Part shown: in pieces, positions 25,464 to 39,720 of the stretch
How positions within the stretch are numbered: position 1 is the stretch's first letter
How the letters are laid out: each line of letters opens with the position of its first letter
Source of the DNA: Ginglymostoma cirratum
Taxonomy: Eukaryota
DNA length: 64,000 nt
Direction of reading: 5' to 3'
NCBI GenBank assembly: GCA_024137785.1
Contig: JAHRHZ010000218.1
Location: 12,538,360-12,602,359, forward strand
Notes under the pieces: generated by a model
Database searches by the model: none
Seen by the model: the letters and a program-made list of their open reading frames with translations, nothing else
Told to the model about the DNA's origin: nothing
Program-made: the position numbers and the translations under genes

Positions 25464-26373
25464 TTCAAATATCTCCAAATTTGCAGATAACACAAAGCTG
25501 GGTAGGAGGGTGAGCTGTGAGGAGGATGCAGAGATGCTTAAGTGTGATTTGGATAAGTTGAATGAGTGGCCAAATGCATGGCAGATGGCGTATACAGTGG
25601 ATGAATGTGAGGTTATCTACCTCAGGAGCAAAAACAGGAAAGTGGATTATTATCTGGCTGTAGACTCAAAGGGGAATGTGCAACAAGACTTGGGTGTGCT
25701 CATACACCAATCACTGAAGGAAAGCATGCAGGTGCAGCAAGCAGTCAAGAAGGCAAATGGTCTGTTGGCCTTCATAGTGAGAGTATTTGAATACAGAAGC
25801 AGGAATGTCTGACTGCAATTACACAGAGCCTTGGTGAGACCACACCTGGAATATTGTGTACAGTTTTGGTCTCCTTATCTGAAGAGGGATGTTCTTGCTA
25901 CAGATGGAGTGCAACAAAGGTTCGCCAGACTGATTCCTGTGATAGCAGGACTGACATATGAGGAGGTTAAATTGGTTAGGATTATGTTCGCTTGAATTCA
26001 GAAGTATAAGGGGCCTCTCAGCAACCTATATTATTCTAACAGGCCTGGACAGGGTAGATGTAGGAACAATGCCACCAGTGATAGGGAAATGCAGAACCAG
26101 AGGTCACGGTCTAAGGGTACAGGATAAACCAGTTAGGACTGAGATGAGGAGAAATTTCTTCACCCAGAGAGTGGAGAACCTCTGAAATTTGCAACTACAG
26201 AAGGCAGTCGAGGCCAACATATTGTATGATTTCAGGAAGGAGTTGAATTTTGCATTTGTGGCTCGAGGGAACAAAGGATATGAGGGAAAATTGGGAAAGG
26301 TTGTTGAGTTTGATGATCAGCCATGATCATAATCAATGGTGGAGCAGGCTAGAAGGGCCTAATGGTCTACTCC
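25464..26373 (+). mobile_element. CR1-clade LINE 3' fragment
   Basis: NISKFADNTKLG, DLGVLIHQSLK, QQAVKKANGLLAFI, LVRPHLEYCVQFWSP, RRNFFTQRV and tail 'gaagggcctaatggtctactcc'. Confidence 0.88.
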
Positions 26374-26389
26374 AGTTTATTCAGTAATG

Positions 26390-27330
26390 TAGATCATTTG
26401 GAGGCAGTGGAGAACATGAGACAAGTGGTGAGGCAGCGCTGGGTGTCATCTGCAGACACTTGAAATTTGACGCTATTTACAGTTTCCAAGGGGCAACACG
26501 TGGATGAGAAATAATTCCCTGTTAAGGATAGACCCTTAAGGGGCATTAGAATTAAGCATTTAGAAGGAGGAAGTGAAGTTATGATTGGATAGGTAGAATG
26601 GATTAGATGACTGGAGTCCCACTTGCTGCATGATGATGGAGAGACATTTGAGAAGGTTAGTGGTGTCAACCGGGTTGAATACTGCACATAGATGAAGAAA
26701 GACAAGGATGAATAGTTTATCTTTGTTACTGTCACATAGGATGTTGCTTATGACTTTGATAAGAGCTGATTTGATACTATGGCTTTCTTAGGGGAAATGC
26801 AGTATATTTTCTAACCAGGTCTAATGGAAAATGGTAGAACCAGTTATCTACATGTGTATTCAAGTCTGCATCCTTTGGAATTAAAAGAGCAAAAATGTGA
26901 GCAGTACCAGGGTGAATGGCCAGCGTAAGAGAGTGGAACAGTCTTGGTGAGGACCATGGCATCTAATGTGGTGATCATAGTCTGGTTGACCAAATCAACT
27001 GTGGATAATGTTGTGACAAAAGGTGGGCCAAATGCAAGACAACTGAGATTTTGCAAGTACAGATTTGGGTTTTTTTTTTCACTAGCAATGAACACGGGAA
27101 AAGGCAGGGGGATGTTGGTAGAGTTTGATGTAGATGGATTGTATTGCAAGGAGGTAATCAAAGATAACCTAGTCTCTGATTGATACCATGGGAGTTGTGA
27201 AGCCACATGAGATGGCAAAGTAAAGAGAGTAGCTGCAGGCATGGATTAGGGAGTTTACATTAACAAGGCAATAATGAGGACAGAGAAAACAGAGTAATCA
27301 AGTGAGATGGTGGTTTGAGGTTCAAATATT
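26390..27330 (-). mobile_element. L2-like LINE fragment (probably continuous with ~25120-25440)
   Basis: Minus strand FQVSADDTQ (cf. L2 YADDTQ) and SPWY linker motif. Purine-rich + strand. Confidence 0.55.
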
Positions 27331-29347
27331 CAGAGAATATTTTTAATGTCAATGCTGTGTTCAGAGGGACCTGGACATCCCAGCCATCTAGCAGAATGAG
27401 AAATTATCTAATTGAAATACATCAAATTTCTAAAAACGTTTGACTGGATAGGTACCAAGAAGATGTTTCTCCTGGTTGGGGTGATGTTGAATTCTCAGAA
27501 TGAGAGATTGATCATTAAGGATTGAAGTGAGAAATTTCATCACTGAACAATCTTTGGAGAGAGAGCTATGTTGCTGAATAAGTTCAAAATAAAGGTCAAT
27601 AGATTTTTTGGTACTAAGGAATTAAGAGATATGGGGATAGAGCAGATAGGAGTTGAGGTCCAATTTTTGTGAAATCACCTCGGATGAAAAGTTGTCCAGG
27701 GCAGAGGTTGAAGGCAAAAAAAGTGTTGAAGATACCCTGATCAAAAGATTTTTAAGGTTCTTAAATGGGCAAGGGAGAACAAGGATTTTAAATAGGAACT
27801 AAAAGGGATAGAACAACGAAATGTTCGTTGGAGAAGAAATGCCAGTGGAGTTGATCCTCGACTTAGAGCCACACAACTGCCATGACAGTCTTTGCATGGC
27901 AAATTGTGCAAAATATCACCAAGTAGGGGAAAATGTTGTTGCCCCTCAGCCATATTTTATTCAATGTTTTGATGTAAGCCCCCGAATAAGAACCTTATGC
28001 ACAGTGCTTCAATGGACCCATCAGAGGATACCAGGAGATAAATAATTAGTTGTAGACTTACTTGAAGGTCAAGCCTGGAACAGCAGCAGGAGTGCAGGGA
28101 AATCAAGGAATACCAGAGGATTGAAGTGTGATATTGGGCGGGCAGAATATCTAAAATGGGAGAAGTGAAAGGAAGCATTTTTATTGCAGAGAGGAATAGA
28201 GAGAATTTTACTTTAAATTGGAGGCAGAAGTGGAAATGAAAGTTAAGAACTTGGATCCAGAGTGGTAGCCAAACTGCACATACAAAAGAACACACAGAAA
28301 TCTCTAGCTATGTTTACCTGGCTACATAACAATTATTAGGATACATAACAATTGGAGTGAATGGGAAGTGGATTGGAAACGAATGCAGGGTGGCCTAGGT
28401 TAACGTCAGGTGCCCAATGTTCCTATAATTAGGGGAGCCAGTACAGAGCCCTGACAAATAACTGTCCAAGTTTAAAGTATGATACCAGAACATTAAGGAT
28501 GTGCTTTTCAGGAAATGCTGAATGGATCTGAGCTCCTCCTTAGAAAAGGGAAGTGTTGTGGTAAGAGATATTTAAAATAATGAAAGGATTTGATCAGGTC
28601 CTGAAGATGTTTCCAATTGTGCTGGTGATCAGATTTAGGAGTCCAAAATAGTCAAGCAGAATTCCATTAGAGAATTTAGGATAAATTTCTTATTGAATGA
28701 GTGGTAACATTATGAAATGTATCACCACTTGGTAGTTGAGGAAAATGGCATAGATGCATTTTAAGTAGAAAACTAGATTATCATGATATCATTAAGTAAA
28801 GAGAGATTGTGAAGGGTAAAGACCGCCTTAGATTAATTTAGTGAAATGACCTGGCCATTTTCATGTAAAAGTGGGAGATAGAGCTTTCTGTGCTGTTTCA
28901 CTAGTTATATGGGCTGACCAGTCATGGCTACCAGTCCCACTTGCTTTGAAAATGTGGTTTGCAGTTGTGATCCTCCCTTCCCGAAACAATTGAGTTTAGT
29001 GGGGGATACAGGAGTTGGGTGGAAGACGAAGTGCTGACAGGTATAATTGCTTCTGTTTCTATCAGACATGAAAATACAATGTGAAAGGTCATGGTTGTAA
29101 TGATGAGGTTAAGAAATTAATTGGAGGTTGGAAACCACTTTGTAACTTCTGAGTGGGAGTATTCAGACTTGTGTGCAAGAATTTAGGATAAGTTTTAGAA
29201 CTCTAATCAAAGGTCTCTGTTTTTGTTCTTCTTTGTTCCCAATGGTTAACAATAGATAGTGTATAATAGACATAAACTGATATTACTGAAAGTGCTAAAT
29301 AATCACATTTCATTTCTTCTACATTTCGACAATTCTTTTGTTTACAG

Positions 29348-29399
29348 ACAAGCCATTTATGACGCATTTGACCGTTTTCTTCAGAAGTACTCCATCTAG
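29348..29399 (+). CDS. ABHD18: ABHD18 terminal coding exon including stop
   Basis: Long polypyrimidine tract then tttacag|A CAA GCC ATT TAT GAC...ATC TAG. (R)QAIYDAFDRFLQKYSI*, with phase matching the previous exon. Confidence 0.96.
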
Positions 29400-29855
29400 A
29401 ATTGAACTTTGGATCCCAGGCTAATTGTACTCCTCTGTACTACTAATGTGGTTGCCATTTATTTCTAAGAGCACTACATTGGTCCAAATTACCGTTGTAA
29501 GCAAAAGAACTGTGAAAGCAACTATGTACTGAAGAATGGAAACTTAGTTGTTCCTTACTGGTTGAAAGCCACTCAGTACTACCAAACCTGCACTGCTACA
29601 CTGTACAAATTATTATTGGTCTGACATTTCAAAATTTATTGAAACTGATTAGCACTATTAATATAATAGTCATAAATGGTGCGATGAAAATGCTCATTGT
29701 AACATTAATAATCAACTTGATTGAGTAGTTCTTTACATTTTCACTTGTAAACTATTGGATATATTGAAGCATTCTTGATTTAATTTTATGACTCAAATAG
29801 AAAAGTAGGGAAAACAATACAAATTTCATTTTTATAAGATTAATGACAAAGTATT

Positions 29856-30057
29856 AATAAACTAAACGTCGTGTACTAGAAATTAAAACTGCCTTGAAAA
29901 AATATAATGGATATCAGCACAATACCATACTCAAGGGAGAAATCCGGTGCTACATTGTGCTCAATAGTGCCTACTGAATTTAAAAACCATGATCTTGATG
30001 TAATAAAGTGACATTTTTATTTAATAAAATTTGCAAATATTGTCTGTCCAAAATAAA
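29856..30057 (+). terminator. Candidate polyadenylation signals of ABHD18
   Basis: AATAAA at 29856, 30002, 30023 and 30052 in an AT-rich 3' UTR. The site actually used cannot be determined here. Confidence 0.55.
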
Positions 30058-31059
30058 ACATAAAAATACCACTGACATTTTAATTCTGATTCACTAATTC
30101 TGGTTTGCTAAATCTGCAATGGATTTGACATCGCTGTGTAATCTTTTAATCTTAATCTGTTTGATTTTGGCTGCCTGTGTGAAAGCCATGATTCCTGGTT
30201 TGAATTTAGCACAGTTTGTATGTAAAACATGTAACTAAAAATTGATGAAGTAATTCAATGTTATATGTGAATTTTATAATTAAATTTAAATATTTACAAT
30301 TTTCATTATAACTCGCAAAACATGGGCTACTTCTTTTTTATAAAGGTAGGGATGTTGTCTTTAGAGGTGAGGAGTATTATAATTTGTTGGCTGTGATGCT
30401 AACGACCCCACCACCACCAATTTTATCTCCAAACCTTTCCATTGGTGTAACTCCAGGAAATCCTGTACCCACTCAGTGTCTGTTTGAGACATGCACACTG
30501 CAGCAGAACATCAGTAACATCCCCCCCATCCCAAGCAAAAATGATGGTACTGATGGCATTGAAATTGTAGAATTAGCATTAATATTATGCCAATTTTGGC
30601 ATAGAAATAAAGCCTGAAAAGCTTCAAGAATTGTGTTTCTGTATTGTTTTACAATTGCTTGTTTCTTCCCAAGACACATATTTGAATCATCTTCAGAGCT
30701 GAATATTCACAACAAAAGCCTGTTTCTATCTCTTCTAACTTGTATTGTCCTCCATAAGATTCAATTATTCCCTAAAGCAGAGATGTAATCAGAAATTGTT
30801 CCTAATCCTAAATGTCATTTCAGGAAATATTTGTACTTGTATAATTGCCAGTTCAGAGTTTAATATGTTTCATATTTCAAAACTGCTGATTATAAGCAGG
30901 CCGGCACCAGACATTCTGCAAAGCACTGCTAACATGAGGACATTCAGTTCTATTGAAATTACATTACTAGGGACACTGCGTTAATGGATATTGCATTGCC
31001 ATGGTAATGACAATTAAAGAGCATCAGTGTTTTTACAGAGCTTTTGACTTTTTAAGTTC

Positions 31060-31610
31060 ATTGACAGGATGTGGGCATTGGTGACTAGATCAACATTTAT
31101 TGCCCATCCCTAATTATTCTCAAAGGTGGTGGTGAGCTGCCTTCTTAGACAGCTAAAGACCATGAGGTCTAGCTACATTCACAGTACAGTTAAGGACAGT
31201 TGCAGGATTCTGACTTGCTTTTTTATCCACCAGTCAGTTTCAACCCCCAGTCTGTTGATAGTGAAGGATTCAGCTATAGTGATGCTATTGAATGCCAAGG
31301 GATGATGGTTAAATTCTCACTTCTTGGAGGTAGTCTTTGCCTGGCAGTTATGTGGTACAACTATTACTTAGCCACTTATCAGCCCAAGCATGAATGATGT
31401 CCAGGAATTGCTGCATTTGAGATGGGCTGCTTCAGTAACTGAGGAGTCATGAATGGTGCTGAACATCATTGATTACACAACGCACATCCCATCTCTGACT
31501 TTATAATAAAGCAGCTAACTATGGTTGAGTCGAGGACCCTACTCTGAGGAACTTAGTAATAATGTCCTGTGACTGAGATGATTGAGCTCCAAAAACCACA
31601 ACCGTCTTTT
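31060..31610 (-). mobile_element. LINE 3' fragment, same family as 36350-38520
   Basis: 'catttattgcccatccctaatt...ggtggtggtgagctgccttctt' is the reverse complement of the tail at ~38445-38495. Confidence 0.65.
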
Positions 31611-31799
31611 TGCTTGGTGTAGGGAATACACCACTTAGAGCCTTTTACAGAAGGGACGCTTGTCAGGCATAATTACTGTACAGAAGCCATCTTCCTCTGA
31701 AGGGTTATGTAGAACTCCTCTCTCTACCCAAAGGCTGTATGGCATCATCAGATTGGACGGAAACAATACAAAAAGTTTTCAAAACCATTTCTCTCTCTT

Positions 31800-34640
31800 G
31801 GCAATCAGTTGGGTTAAGTATAATTATCCTCTATAAGGGTGTGTATTTGTGAGTCTTCAGATGGCTAAAGAGGCCAATCCAAGATCCACAGATTCTAATA
31901 CAGTGTGAGCATTGATGGGTGTAATTATGGGTGTTGGAGGTCGTGGTGGATGGGCATTCCTGATGACGCAAGAGTCGCTTCTGTTCAGAAGCGTGGTGGA
32001 GAAAGTTTTGTGGCGTATAGCTCCCTGCAGGATGATCTTTCTTGAATGATTTTGGTTAGTATCCATGTTCTCCCAGTTGTTGATTTTGATATGGAACTTC
32101 TTGATGTTATCTTTGAAGCGTTTGTTTTGGCCACCAGGGGCATACTGACTTTCCTTCAGTTGAGAGTGAATGATCTGTTTCAGAGGCGTGAGCTGGGCAT
32201 TCAAATGACATGGCCAGTCCATCGGAGTTGCTGTTGAATTGTGGTCGTGGTGATGCTGGCTATGTTGGCCACTTTCAAGATGCTGGTGTTAGTGCGCTTG
32301 TCTTCCCAGGTGAACTACAGGATTTTTCGTAGGGATATCTGGTGGTGATGTTCCAGTGCTTTAAGGTGCCTACTGTAAGTAGTCCACATTTTGGCTCCAT
32401 ATAGCAGTGCAGGAGGGACAACAGCTTTTTAGACCAGAAGTTTAGTCTGGGCCTGGTCTCCAAACACCCTTCTTCAGCATTGTATTTCTGCATCAATGTT
32501 GGCCTTCGGGAGCAAGCTGTCAAGATTTGGGAAGTTATCCATGGTTTCAAGGGCATGTTTTTGACCCATATAGTAGGAGGGGTTAATGGTGAACTAGAGT
32601 CTTTTTATGTTAAGAGTAAGGCCAAGAGCTTGTATGCCTTGGCAAAGCCATCCAAGATACACTGCAGATCTTCCGCGGAGTGTGCTGCGATGGCATTGTT
32701 GTCAGCATATTGAAGATGCAGCTGCCCTGATAAGTTCATTGGGATACTGAAGCTGCTGCATGATGACATGTCTGCGACAATGCTCAGCATTGCAAGATCG
32801 AGGTAGTAGAGAGCTTGGCCTTGCATCTATTAAGGCTGAACAGCCTGCTGTCCATATGATAAATGATTTGAATTCTCTTGGTCTGGTTTTGGCCAGTGAA
32901 ATGGAAGATGACAGCAATAAAAATGGTGAACAGGGTGGGTGCGATGATGCAGCCCTGCTTGACCCCCCGTCTCCACCACGAAAGGCTCAAACACCAATCC
33001 ACAGTTGCTGAGCATTGTTGCAGACATGTCATCATGCAGCAGCTTCAGTATCCCAATGAACTTATCAGGGCAGCTGCACCACAACAGTATCCGCCAGTTA
33101 GCCTGGTGGTTAACTATGTCAGAAGCCTTAGTTAGTTCAGTGAAGGCCAATTAAAGGGGTTGTTCCTGTTCCTGAAATTTTTCTTGTAATTGACATGCTG
33201 TGAGAATCATGTCTGTTGCTCATCCGGATGGTGGAAGTCACAGTGTGATTTAGGGAGTATTTCCTCAGATAACGGCAGAACTCTATTGGCAAGGATATGT
33301 GCAAGTTCTTTGCCAATGGTTGACAGAAGGGAGATGCCTCTGTAATTCACACAGTCAGCCTTGTCACTGTTTTTGAATATGGTCACAATCAAAGAATCCC
33401 TGAGCTCTGAGGGAAATTCTTCTTTGAGCCAAATCTTCAAGAGCAAAGCATATATGTGTTCATGGAGCTGTGAGCCACCCTACTTTAGGATTTCTCAGGA
33501 ATCCCCTCAGGACCAGCAGCCTTTTTAGGCTCCTTATGACATCTTGTACTTCACTCGCACTGGGAGGTTCTCCCATGTCACCTTGCATGGATGTTGGGGG
33601 ATTTGGTTGATGATTTCCAGGTTAATATTGCTACTATGATTGAGGAGTTCTTGGAAATGCATTTTTCCAGTAGATGTTCACTGCTGATTGTCCTTGAGCA
33701 GTTTTTGTCCATTATTAGAGTGCAGGGGGTTTAGCCCATGGTAGCTTGGGCCGTATACTGCCTTGGTGGTGCTGAAGAAGCCTCTTGTTTCGCTGGCATC
33801 TGATTTCTAAGGCCTTATCATACCACTATGTTTTTGAGCTCCCTTACTGTCTTCTGGACATCAGCCTTAGCTTTGGCATAGGCCCTTTTTTTTGGCCTTA
33901 CAGTTGTTGTCATTCTGCCAGTCATACAAAGCTGACTTGTTTGTGGAGATGAGCTATTCAATTTCTGCATCATTCTCGTCAAATCAGTCCTGATGGTTTC
34001 TGGACTTGTACCCGAGGGTGTTATTGCAGGTTCTGAGAATGGTTGATTTAATCAGATTCCAGTGTTCTCCTATGTCCTCTGGGTATTCCCGAGGTAGATT
34101 TTAGCAAGTAAGGCCTGTAATTGTCGCATAGTGACCATGTCACCTAGGTTCTCGGTGTTGCATCTTGGCCGGATCTGCTTCTTCTGAACCCTCTTCTTTC
34201 TTTGTAGTCTGATATTGTGGGCAGATAGGGCAGTGATCAGTCCAGCAGTCATCTGAGCCAATCATGTGACATTCATGTCCGGATAGTCCCTGGAGCGAAC
34301 AATGACATAATCAATGAGATACCACTGTTTTGAGCATGGGTGCCTCCAAGATGCTTTGAATTTGGTTTTCGGACATGAGTGTATTTGTGATGGTGAGGTT
34401 ATACTCAGCATATTTTGTAAGAAGAAGGACTCCACTGGAGTTGATGTTGCCAATACCTTCCATTCTGCTGGTGCTATTCCAAAGGTTGTGGTCTTGACCA
34501 AACCTGGCATTGAAGTTTCCAACAAGAATTATCTTACCCTTCCTACGGTGTCAAGGTTGGCACAGAAAGTCTCCCTGTTCATGGAGACCAAGACGACTGA
34601 TGGCCCTTCTCTGTCGCAGCCTTCATTTGCCTTCACAGCT
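31800..34640 (-). mobile_element. RTE-clade (BovB-like) LINE, near-complete decayed ORF (APE, RT, C2H2 tail)
   Basis: IILVGNFNARFG, WRHPCSKQWYLIDYVIVR, NYRGISLLSTIGK, GVKQGCIIAPTLF, LQYADNNA, GGQNKRFKD and C-terminal CSHCIRICGSWIGLFSHLKTH (~31850-31915). Many frameshifts. Confidence 0.9.
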
Positions 34641-35974
34641 GTTGTGATGTTCTAATTTAAGTTCAGCTACCATCCTACATCCTTTGCTGTTGAGGTCTTC
34701 ATGGATTGTGCTTTGTCTAGAACGTCCTCCTTGACCTGTGGTGATCGTGGTGATCCTGCCATGAACAACGCTCCAGATGGTTTAGCTCTCAGGTTCCTAT
34801 GTATGCACAAGCCTCTACACTACAACAAGGTTGTGATCCTCAGAGAGGTTTCGGAACCATTACCTTAAATGTCACTCCGTCAAATTTTCTTTGTCCATTG
34901 TTAGCCCATTATAGAATTATACATATAACTATATTACCTTTAAGACAACCCTGTCTTCCTCTTCTTTCACAAATGGTAGTGTTCTTAGCAATTCGGTATT
35001 TTCCCAGAACGTGCTCTATTTGGACTTGACAGAATAATAGGTCTTCTACTTGAGGGCTGTTGACCATGGTTCTGATCCATGAGCCACTTCTTGTATCACT
35101 CACGTGACATTTTGTAGAAAATGTCATTGGTCCATTTCTTCGTTTGGAGGCACCTTTTGAATTTCCTTTGCAGAGGAACTCTTTGCTAACTCAGGTAGTT
35201 GCTCCATAATGTCAACTGGAAGACCTTTCAAACTTGTGATTGTCCATTAGGGAAGACAGCCCCTCTGTTCGAGCAAGTCAGCAAGTACTTTCTTCCTTGC
35301 AATATCCTGGATTTCTGGACCAGGAATATCCACATCTTAAAAACAGAATCTCTCGTCCTCTTGAATTAAGGTTGGGTTTCTCCTCAGGATCTGTTTGTGA
35401 ATTTTTTTGCTTTCTGCTTCTAGTACAATTCAAATAATTTTCTCCAAAGTTGAGTCTTCTTTGGCCTATAAGCTGATTTCTTGTGTTAATCATTGCTGTT
35501 TTAAATTTAATCTATTTGGCCAAAGTGTATGGCCAGATGCTACCGCTGAACCATAAGACCCCCTTCTCAAAAAGGATGGAGAAACTTTTAAAACAGAAGG
35601 ATGCTATTAAAAATGAACTTCTAGATAGCAGAGCTAAGATTGCAAGATTTCAAAGTTGAATATCAGAACCCAGGAGTTCTGACCTGAGATGCCTATATTT
35701 AAAGCTCGTGATGACTGTGTTGAACTGAGAATTTTCAAACGTGAGACATTTTGAGAAAATTTGAAGGGACAACCTCCTCAGAGTAAATGGAATTCGCAAG
35801 AAATATTTGCGCTTATGTGAATCTTTGAAACAGTGCTGAGACCAAACGATTACTCTTTCCATTTCTGCTAAGTATCTGATTTGTGTCGTTGGGTTGTAGA
35901 TCAGTTAGGTGTGGAGAGAAGTTTTGATTCAGCATATCAATTTTTTTTAACATCACTAATTGTTTAAGAGAATG

Positions 35975-36310
35975 GGACATGGGCATCGTTAAGTTAGCAT
36001 TTATTGCCTGTCCCTAATATCCTTGAGAAGGTGGTTGTGAGCTACCTTCTTTGAACTGTTGCAGTCCATGTGCTGTAGGTAGACCCACAATGCCATTTAG
36101 GAAGGAGTTCCAGGTTTGAACGAGTGATGTGAAGGAGTGGCAATACATTTCTAAATCAGGATGGTGAGTGGCTTGGAGGGGAACTTGCAGGTTTTTGTGT
36201 TCCCATGTATCTGCTATCCTTGTCCTTCTGAATGGAAGTGGTCATGGGTTTGGAATGTGCTGTCTAAGGATCTTTGGCAAATTTATGCTGTGCATCTTGT
36301 AGACAGTACA
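35975..36310 (-). mobile_element. LINE 3' tail, inverted relative to the adjacent copy
   Basis: Reverse complement resembles ~38230-38495. Confidence 0.65.
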
Positions 36311-36349
36311 CTGTCTGCAGACCACTGATACTGAGAAAAGACTGAGGGT

Positions 36350-38520
36350 ACGAATGGTGCAGAATGTACTCTGGGTAGGGAACTGAAATGTCTATCACCA
36401 AGAGTTGTTTGGTAGCACCAATACTGACCAAACTATATGGGAAAACATACCTGATCTTGTCCTCACTAATTTACCTCTTGCAGATGCATCAGTATGTGAC
36501 AGTATCAGAGATGTTCCTACCACACAGTTGTCGTGGAGACAAAGTTTCATGGAGGATATGCTCCATCATGATGTGTGGACTTACCACTGTTGTAAATAGA
36601 ATAGATTTCAAACGGGTCTAGCAACTCCAGGCTGGGCATCTATGAGACATGGGATATCAGCAGCAGCAGATCATACTCCAACAGTATCTGTAACCTCATG
36701 GCCTGGCATATCCACCCACTCAACCATTATCAAGCCAGAGCTGGTTCAGTGAAGAATATAGAAGGGTGTGCCAGAAGCAGCATCAAACATACCTAAAAGT
36801 AAGGTGTCAACATGGTGAAGCTACAATATAAGACAGCATAAGCAACAAGTGATAGAGCTAATCTATCTCACAAGCAACAGATCAGATCTAAGCTCTGCTC
36901 CTGCCACATCCAGTCATGAATGGTGATGGATAATTAACCAATCCACAAGAGGAGAAGGCTCCGTAAATAACCCCATCCTCAATGATGGGGGAGTCCAGCA
37001 GATTGTTGCAAATGCTTGTCTTATTTTTGCACTAATCTGCAGCCAGAACTGTCAAATGATGATTCATCTTGGCCTTCTCCACAGTTTTCTAGCATCTCAG
37101 ATGCTAGCTTCAGCCAATTCAATTGAAATCTAGAAACAGCTGAAGGCACTACACACTACAAAGGCTGTGTACTGAAGACTTAGGTTCCAGAATTTGCAAT
37201 GATTTTATCTAGGTTGTTCCAGTACAACACTGGCATCTACCCAGCAATGTAGAGAATTGCCCAGGTGTGTCCTGTAAACAAAAAGCAGCATCTGTACAAC
37301 CCAACCAATTACTGCCGCATCAGCCTACTCTCGATCATTAGTTAAGTCATGGAATGTGTTATCAGCAGTGCTATCACATCCAAAACCATTCACTAATTCC
37401 ACCACTAATGCACAGTAAACTTACCTAACAAGAATGTGCTCACTGACACTCAGTTTGAGCTCTGCCAAGCCACTTAGCTCGTGATCTCATTACTGCCTTT
37501 GACCAAGGATGGTCAAAAGAATTAAACTCTAGTGGTGAGGTGGAAGTGACTGCACCTGACATCAAGGCAGCATTTGACTGAGTGTGGCATCAAGGAGCTC
37601 TAGCATTACTAGAGGCAGTGGGAATCAGGGCAAAACTCTGCCAGTTGGTTATACCTAGCACAAAGGAAGATGGTTGTGGTTGTTCTTCGTCAGTCACCTC
37701 AATTTTAGGAGATCACTGCAAGTGTTCTTCAGATTAGTGTCCTAGGCCCGACCGTTCTCAGTTACTTTATCAATGACCTCCCCTCCATTATAAGGTCAGA
37801 AGTGGAGGATGCTCACTGATGATTGCACAAGTTCAACACCATCATGACCCCTCAGATACATATGCAGCAAGACCTGGAAATATCCAGACTTAGGCTGAGC
37901 AGTTGCACGTAAGTCTCATACCACACCAATGACCACCTCCAGTGACAGATAATCTCAATATTGCCCTGCCACTCCCATACTTCTTAACATTCTGAACACA
38001 CTAGTATAAATAACGTATCTACAAGAGCAGGCCAGCGGCTAAGAATATTTGCACTCCCAAAAGCCTGTCCACCATCTACAAGGCACAGGAGTGTCCTAGA
38101 ATAATCTCACTTGCCTGAGAGAGTGTATCTCTAACAACACTCAATAACGAAGCGGCCCATTTGATTGCTTCCACATCCAAAGCATCCAATCCATCCACCA
38201 CCAACACACAGCAGCAGCAGTATTTACTGTCTACAAGATGCACTGCAGAAATTCACCAAAATTCTTGGACAGTAAATTCAAAACTCTCAAGTACTGCCAT
38301 CTAGAAGGACAAGGGAGCAGGTACGTAGGAACGCTGCAACCTGAAATTTCAGGCTTGGACTATATTGTTCTTCCTTCACTGTCAAAATCCTCCCTAATAG
38401 CATTGTGTGTTCACCTACACTAATTTGACTCAGTAGTCCAAAAAGGCAGCTCACCGCCATCTTCTTGAAGACAACTAGGGATGGGCATAAACACTGTCCC
38501 AGCCCACACAGCCAACATCT
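36350..38520 (+). mobile_element. LINE (CR1/L2 group), endonuclease end to 3' tail, degraded
   Basis: ENIPDLVLTNLP, NYCRISLLSII, 'cctgacatcaaggcagcatttgac', SVLGP..F..FINDL and tail 'ggcagctcaccgccatcttc...ctagggatgggca'. Confidence 0.8.
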
Positions 38521-38649
38521 ACAGAATACATTTTAAAAAACTGAAAATCTAATTGTACTTCAAAGATTGCTTATGCACAAAAGAACAGTTGGAGGAAAAT
38601 CATGTACAGCTGTGTTAATTTGCATTTATACATCATTTCAAGTGTGACA

Positions 38650-39720
38650 ACTGGTGCTTGTCAGGTATGTAATGCTGGTTCCTTATGATATTGCACTGAC
38701 GGCCCATACCGAAGCTCACTTGCAGCAGCCTGTATATCAGTTCTTTTTGGCCTGCAAGGAATTTGGATTGACAGTAAGCATCAAGGTTGTAAGCCAGGGC
38801 TTAGTGATTTACCTTCCATCAATATTAGCAATCTCATTCTGGACACCATCCACAGCTTAACATCCCTTTGATCACCAATTATCAGAAATATGTCCCTTGA
38901 TCTCAAAATCAGAAGTAGGTTTGCCAAAGCTGCAATTTTCATGTCAAAATTGAAAATGAGAGTGTGGGACAAACTAACCAAAAATACAAAGCTCCACATA
39001 ATTGTAGCTTGTGTCTCAACACCCTTCTTTAGAGTAGCAATGCATAGACAACTTACACAGATTCTACCTCTGCTACCTAATATGAGTATTAAGCATCACC
39101 TGTTAGGACAGACTATTAAATACAATAATGTAGAGCATGTTTGCCCTCAGGAGTCAGTGGCAACTCTTGGCGTGTTCACATGCACTGCATGGGTGACAGC
39201 CACATTTCCAAAGACATTTCATAGAATCCCTACAGTGAGGAAACAGGCCCTTCGACCCAACAAGTCCACACTGAACCTCAGAGCATCCCACCCATACCTC
39301 CCTGAACACTACGGGCACTTTAGCATGGCCAATCCACCTAACCTGCACATCTTTGGACTGTGGGAGGAAACCGGAGCACTTGGAGGAAACCCGCACAGAC
39401 AAGGGGAGAATGTGCAAACTCCACACAGACAGATGCCTGAGGCTGGAATTGAACCCAGGTCCCTGGTGCTGTGAGGCAGCAGTGCTAACCACTGAGCCAC
39501 CATGCCACCCCATGGTCAATGGTGAGTGTACTATTGGCATGAGAACAGGCGACCTATGTCTACAATCCAATGATCCCAAATGATCAAGATCCCAAGGGAT
39601 CAGCATGAAGCATGTGAAGTCTTTGATGCTGACCAGAGTGCCAGGCAAAAAAGCAGTCAGGTAGCCTGGAAAAAGCAGACGGTAAAGGAAATGACCAGAT
39701 GGTAGAAATGACAGCCTGGA
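38650..39720 (+). mobile_element. RTE-clade LINE fragment interrupted by a SINE
   Basis: YDIALTAHTEAHLQQ..ACKEFGLTVSIK and SLDLKIRSRFAKAA..MSKLKMRVW..LTKNTKL. Confidence 0.7.
39220..39510 (-). mobile_element. HE1-like V-SINE
   Basis: Reverse complement aligns with 4457-4776, with an internal deletion near the tail. Confidence 0.9.

Noticed and set aside
34800-35860. Possible L1/Tx1-like ORF1 remnant next to the RTE
   Set aside because: Composition is suggestive but I could not read a convincing motif.
35975-38520. Large inverted repeat suggesting a DNA transposon
   Set aside because: The arms are two diverged copies of one LINE 3' tail in opposite orientation, with no TSD or transposase.
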